Shown in pieces: positions 59,393-64,000 of a DNA stretch of 64,000 nucleotides (positions are counted from its first letter, which is position 1; the number at the start of each line of letters is the position of its first letter). The notes under the pieces were generated by a model. The model saw only the letters and a list, made by a program, of their open reading frames with translations, was not told the DNA's origin and did not search any database. The stretch covers positions 1 to 64,000 of the forward strand of contig JAUQPB010000005.1 in assembly GCA_030550585.1 (NCBI GenBank), written 5' to 3'. The DNA is from Thermoproteota archaeon (GTDB taxonomy: Archaea; Thermoproteota; Thermoprotei_A; Sulfolobales; Ignisphaeraceae). The position numbers and the translations under genes are program-made.

Positions 59393-60733
59393 GTGGTAAA
59401 CCTATCTACATGTTCTAGGGTGTATATGATGAAGGTGAATGTGTGGAACCCTAGTGTTGAGTTGTTGTCTAGGGATGAGCTTGATAAGATAAAGCTTCAG
59501 AGACTCAAGGAAGTTATCCACAGAGTATACAACAACAACCAATTCTACAGGAAAAAGATGAAAGAAAAAGGATTGAAACCAGAAGACATAAAAACATTAG
59601 AAGACATCAAAAAACTGCCATACACAACAAAAGAAGAGCTAAGGGAGCTTTATCCATACGGCGCTTCTGTGGTGCCCTTAGACAGCTTAGCTGAGGTTAG
59701 GGCTAGCAGTGGTACTACCGGAAAGCCAACTGTAACCCTATACACTATGAAGGACATTGAGAATTGGAGTGAGGTTATGGCTAGAAGCCTTGTTGCAACC
59801 AATATTGTTAAAGGCGATATACTTCTAATTGCATATAACTACCACATGTTTACAGGTGGCTTCGGTTTTCACTATGGAGCTTTGAAAGTCGGTGTAACAG
59901 CAATACCAGCTGGCGTAGGTTTTACACAGAGACAGGTAATGTTGATAAAGGATCTTGGTGTAACAGCAATTACTAGTGTTCCTAACTATGCTATTAGGTT
60001 GGCTGAGGTTGCTTTTGAGATGGGTGTAGACCCTGCTAGAGATACTAGGGTTAGGAAAGGCGTTTTCGGAGCTGCTCCGTGGAGCGAGGAGATGAGGAGG
60101 AGAATTGAGAAGATATGGGATATGCAAGCATACGATATGTACGGCTTGAGCGAGTTGTGGGGCCCTGGGGTAGCGATAGAGTGTGTATATAAGAGTGGTC
60201 TTCATGTTTGGGAGGATCACTTTATTGTTGAGGTTGTTGATCCGAAGACTGGTGAGCCTGTAGATGTTGAGGAGAAGGGGGAGCTAGTATTCACAACACT
60301 AACAAAAGATGCAATGCCACTAATAAGATATAGAACAAGAGACATATCGAGAATACTAGACGAAAACAAATGCCAATGCGGAAGAACACACACAAAAATA
60401 GACAGAATACAAGGAAGAACAGACGACATGTTCATAATAAACGGGGTGAATGTATGGCCCTCTGCTGTTGAGGAGGTTCTTCTCAAAGAGCCTCTTGTAG
60501 CTCCCTACTACCAGATTGTTATAGATAGGGTTGATGCATTAGATAGGATGACTGTTTTCGTTGAATCGAGAACAAAGCTTGGCGAAAACGATAAAATTGC
60601 TTTAGCTAAGAAGCTTGAGTATGAGTTGAAGGAGGTTATATTGGTTACGCCAAGGGTTGAGGTTGTCGACCCTGGGACGCTACCCAGATTCGATGGAAAG
60701 CCAAGGGTAGTTGTTGATAAAAGGGCGTTGTAG
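59393..60733 (+). CDS. paaK: Phenylacetate-CoA ligase (start probably ATG near 59426)
   Basis: SSGTTGKP, YGLSE, EDHF, PLIRYRTRD, GRTDDM. Confidence 0.9.
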   Translation: MVNLSTCSRVYMMKVNVWNPSVELLSRDELDKIKLQRLKEVIHRVYNNNQFYRKKMKEKGLKPEDIKTLEDIKKLPYTTKEELRELYPYGASVVPLDSLAEVRASSGTTGKPTVTLYTMKDIENWSEVMARSLVATNIVKGDILLIAYNYHMFTGGFGFHYGALKVGVTAIPAGVGFTQRQVMLIKDLGVTAITSVPNYAIRLAEVAFEMGVDPARDTRVRKGVFGAAPWSEEMRRRIEKIWDMQAYDMYGLSELWGPGVAIECVYKSGLHVWEDHFIVEVVDPKTGEPVDVEEKGELVFTTLTKDAMPLIRYRTRDISRILDENKCQCGRTHTKIDRIQGRTDDMFIINGVNVWPSAVEEVLLKEPLVAPYYQIVIDRVDALDRMTVFVESRTKLGENDKIALAKKLEYELKEVILVTPRVEVVDPGTLPRFDGKPRVVVDKRAL

Positions 60734-60735
60734 CT

Positions 60736-62592
60736 TTGCCAAAGAGAAAGACTATTCTTGGAGAGCCCAACTCGATAGCGTTTCTACTTGGTAACGAGGC
60801 TATAGCTAGAGGAGCCATAGAGTATGGCATTGGTGTTGCAGCAGCATATCCGGGAACACCGTCAAGCGAAATTGTAGAGTCTTTGGCTAGTGTCGCCAGC
60901 GATCTGGGGATATATGTCGAGTGGAGTGTAAACGAGAAAACAGCTTTTGAATTGGCATACGCTGCTGCAATGAGTGGTGTACCAAGCTTAACAGCTATGA
61001 AGCATGTTGGTCTAAATGTAGCTGCCGACCCCTTGATGACAAGTGCTTATACAGGTGTCAAGGCGGGTTTCATAATTGTTACAGCCGATGATCCCTATAT
61101 GCATAGTAGCCAAAACGAGCAGGACAACAGATGGGTTGGTCTACATGCCTATATACCGGTTTTAGAGCCTGCCAACCCCCAAGAGGCAAAGGATCTGACA
61201 TATCTTGGGCTGGAATACTCTGAGAAGCTGGGTCATCCAATAATACTTAGAAGTGTTACTAGAGTGAGTCACGCTAGGGGGCTGGTCAGACTAGGCCCCT
61301 TAAGACCCCCTAGAACGGTAGGTTCTTTCCCTAGAGAGCCACAGAAATGGGCTGTTGTGCCGGCACATGCAAGGAAGATGAAAATAGATGTTCTGAGGAG
61401 ATGGAGAGAAATCGAGGATGTCTTTGCAGAGTTTCCATACAACAAAATCGATGATAGCAACTCAAATATACTTATTGTAGCTTCTGGCATTGGATACCCG
61501 TATGCTAAAGACGCTCTCAAAATTGTTGGTGTAAAAGCAAAGATTTTGAAAGTGTCCACGCCAGTACCCCTGCCAAGAAAACTAGTTGAAAAGGCTGTGA
61601 ATGGCATTGAGAAGATTCTGGTTGTTGAAGAAACCGATCCTGTTGTCGAAATGCAGCTAAAGTCTATTCTATTCGATTTACATATCGATGTAGAGGTTCA
61701 TGGAGCTGACTATCTTGGTAGAAAAGGAGAGCTAACAATAGATAGAGTTGCAGAGGCAATAGCAAAAATAGCTGGTGTAAGCTGGAGTCCTCCAAAACCA
61801 ATTGAGGTACCTATCAATGTTCCTCCTAGAAAGCCCATTCTATGTCCTGGATGCCCCCACAGAGCAACGTTCTATGCCTTGATAATGGCAGCTAGAGAGC
61901 TTGGTGTAGACCCTATATACAGTGGTGATATAGGTTGCTATAGCCTTGGCATCGACCCCCCATTCAATGCACAAGATACGATAACCAACATGGGTGGAAG
62001 CATAGGTCTTGCAAACGGCTTCTCACATACTGTAAAGAACAGACCGGTGGTTGCAATTCTAGGAGATTCAACATTCTTTCATGCTGGGTTGCCACCCCTG
62101 CTAAATGCTGTCTATAACAGAGCACCAATGCTTGTACTTGTGCTAGATAATGAGACTACTGCTATGACCGGGTTCCAGCCCCATCCCGGAACAGGCTTGA
62201 CGGCTATGGGAGGAAAGGGTAGGAAGATATTGATAGAAGAGGTTGCAAAGGCTATGGGGGCCGACTATGTGGATGTTTTCGATCCATATGATGTTAGAAA
62301 AGCTATAGAGTCCATTAAAACTGGGCTCAAGGTTGCTATGGATGGTGGCGTAGCTGTTTTGGTTGCTAGAAGAGTCTGCTCGTTGCTAGCAGCAAGGCTG
62401 GGCTTGGCAAGAGATAGGTATTTTATTGATAGCAACAGATGTGTTGGTTGTAGCGTTTGTACAAATATATTAGCTTGCCCAGCTATAGTTATCGGAGAAG
62501 ACAATAAACCACGTATAATAGAATCGCTCTGTAGTGGATGTGGCGTATGCGCCCAGATATGCCCATTCCAAGCAATAACAAAGAGAGGGTAA
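60736..62592 (+). CDS. iorA: Indolepyruvate:ferredoxin oxidoreductase alpha subunit
   Basis: YPGTPSSE, KHVGLNVAAD, CPGCPHR, DIGCY, GDSTFFH, two CxxCxxC ferredoxin motifs. Confidence 0.95.
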   Translation: MPKRKTILGEPNSIAFLLGNEAIARGAIEYGIGVAAAYPGTPSSEIVESLASVASDLGIYVEWSVNEKTAFELAYAAAMSGVPSLTAMKHVGLNVAADPLMTSAYTGVKAGFIIVTADDPYMHSSQNEQDNRWVGLHAYIPVLEPANPQEAKDLTYLGLEYSEKLGHPIILRSVTRVSHARGLVRLGPLRPPRTVGSFPREPQKWAVVPAHARKMKIDVLRRWREIEDVFAEFPYNKIDDSNSNILIVASGIGYPYAKDALKIVGVKAKILKVSTPVPLPRKLVEKAVNGIEKILVVEETDPVVEMQLKSILFDLHIDVEVHGADYLGRKGELTIDRVAEAIAKIAGVSWSPPKPIEVPINVPPRKPILCPGCPHRATFYALIMAARELGVDPIYSGDIGCYSLGIDPPFNAQDTITNMGGSIGLANGFSHTVKNRPVVAILGDSTFFHAGLPPLLNAVYNRAPMLVLVLDNETTAMTGFQPHPGTGLTAMGGKGRKILIEEVAKAMGADYVDVFDPYDVRKAIESIKTGLKVAMDGGVAVLVARRVCSLLAARLGLARDRYFIDSNRCVGCSVCTNILACPAIVIGEDNKPRIIESLCSGCGVCAQICPFQAITKRG

Positions 62593-63206
62593 AGATAGAA
62601 GCTGTTTTTACTGGCGTTGGAGGACAAGGAATAATCACTATGGGCACTATCCTAGGTGTTGCATGCAGTAAAATAGGCTTGAATATAATAACAGCTGAAA
62701 CACATGGAATGTCTCAGAGAATGGGCATGGTGGACTTCTTTGTTAGAATTGGAGATGTTGAAGCACCTCTAGTCCCACAGGCATCGGCAGATATAGTAGT
62801 GTCTTTAGAGATGATTGAAGCGCTAAGATCTGTTAGACATCTAAAGAGATGCGGATGGCTATTGGTCGCAGATATATATATACCTCCACCATATGTAGAG
62901 AATGTTCCATCGAGAAAAGATATAGTTACTGTGCTAGAGAGGCTGCCAATAAACTCTATTCTAATCAATGTAGAGGAAATAGTAGAAAAACTGAATGATA
63001 GCCGCGTTGTTAACATGGCAATGCTAGGAGCCTTCATGGCCATAGAGGATGTATCGAAGATAATACCAGTTACACTGGTTGAAGATGTTGTTGAAGAAAG
63101 GCTCGGCCCAATAAATAGAGAGGCGTTTGGAATGGGGTATAAGCAGGCTGTGAAAAAGATAAAAGATGGGGATCTCATTTCGAGATGTGCAAAAACTAAT
63201 GTGTGA
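62559..63206 (+). CDS. iorB: Indolepyruvate:ferredoxin oxidoreductase beta subunit (start uncertain)
   Basis: GVGGQG, ETHGMSQR, EALR, NMAMLG. Confidence 0.9.
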   Translation: MPIPSNNKERVKIEAVFTGVGGQGIITMGTILGVACSKIGLNIITAETHGMSQRMGMVDFFVRIGDVEAPLVPQASADIVVSLEMIEALRSVRHLKRCGWLLVADIYIPPPYVENVPSRKDIVTVLERLPINSILINVEEIVEKLNDSRVVNMAMLGAFMAIEDVSKIIPVTLVEDVVEERLGPINREAFGMGYKQAVKKIKDGDLISRCAKTNV

Positions 63207-63252
63207 ATACATTGATAATGTGTTTTTGAGGTGTTGCACACAAAATTTCATT

Positions 63253-64000
63253 TCATCTTGATCTAGATACTATGCCATCCCTTCTTAGCATGCTCAATCC
63301 AACAAATGATGCTAATGAGATTGTTGCAGCTGGTATTGTTGGATGAATCCATGTGGTTCTGTACATATATATGTACCAGATTATTCCTGTGACAGCTCCT
63401 GCAATCATAGATGCTACAGCCCCCTCTTTACTTGATTTTCTCCAGTAAAGTCCTAGAATCACTGGTCCAATGAAACACGCAAAGATCGTTCCAAATGATG
63501 CACTAACAATGTCTATAATCAGCTTGTTGTCTATTAAAGCTATTGGTAGTGGTAACAAAGCGAAAACAGCTACAGTAACTTTGGATAAGCGTATCAATGT
63601 TTCCTCCTCTAGGCTTCTGTTAAGCAAGACTATATCTCTTATAACTGTATTCGAAATTGCAAGCACGGTTGCAGCTATTGTGGATAGCGATGCTGCTATT
63701 GGTGCTGAGAGTATTAGTCCTCTAATACCTTCGGGCACTATCAGCATCACCATATTGGGTATAACCCAGTCGCTATCTTTCATCAGTTGCGAAATTTGTT
63801 GTGGACTTAGGTGGGGATCTAATATTAGATGTGCGTATATCCCAAGTGAGAATACTAGCATAGCATACAATGATATAAGTATAGGTCCTATGATCCTCCC
63901 TCTCGAAATAGCTCTAGAATCTTTAGCCGCATAAAACTGGAACAACAAATTGGGCAAGGCTATTTGAGCCATGCCTATAGAGAATGTTACGCTCATTATC
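63253..64000 (-). CDS. Sodium:solute symporter, 3' part (extends beyond the window)
   Basis: IAASLSTIAA, GLYWRKSS, GAVASM. Confidence 0.88.
   Translation of the reverse strand, partial: IMSVTFSIGMAQIALPNLLFQFYAAKDSRAISRGRIIGPILISLYAMLVFSLGIYAHLILDPHLSPQQISQLMKDSDWVIPNMVMLIVPEGIRGLILSAPIAASLSTIAATVLAISNTVIRDIVLLNRSLEEETLIRLSKVTVAVFALLPLPIALIDNKLIIDIVSASFGTIFACFIGPVILGLYWRKSSKEGAVASMIAGAVTGIIWYIYMYRTTWIHPTIPAATISLASFVGLSMLRRDGIVSRSR

Overview
This is a chromosomal segment of a hyperthermophilic archaeon of the Thermoproteota, probably Desulfurococcales/Ignisphaera-like. That placement is inferred from the gene families, GGTGA ribosome-binding sites, TATA promoters, C/D box sRNAs and a CRISPR repeat ending in GAAAG. 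The first ~14 kb is a decaying accessory island. It holds the end of a CRISPR array, two complementary tRNA-Arg pieces, two VapBC-type toxin-antitoxin pairs, an orphan inverted CRISPR repeat, a STAND-like ATPase and several pseudogenes (MFS, MscS, MgtE, MBL-fold). Next come a MoxR/DUF58/vWA/ABC cluster with a tandem PRC-barrel-like protein and an SPFH/zinc-ribbon operon. The rest is mostly housekeeping and metabolic genes (M42 peptidase, SSS transporters, split MetE, thyX, archease, pncA, proC, aminotransferase, subfamily-II icd, purP, P-type H+-ATPase, paaK-iorAB) plus a stand-alone APE2256/Crn1-like CARF gene. The main signals missing from the ORF track are: twin palindromes in the same position before both ATPase-wHTH genes, the two tRNA-Arg halves in reversed order, two C/D box sRNAs, probable CTG and ATT start codons, Lrp-like boxes before paaK-iorAB, and a small ORF with a palindrome-flanked promoter. 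All calls come from manual reading; no database searches were run.
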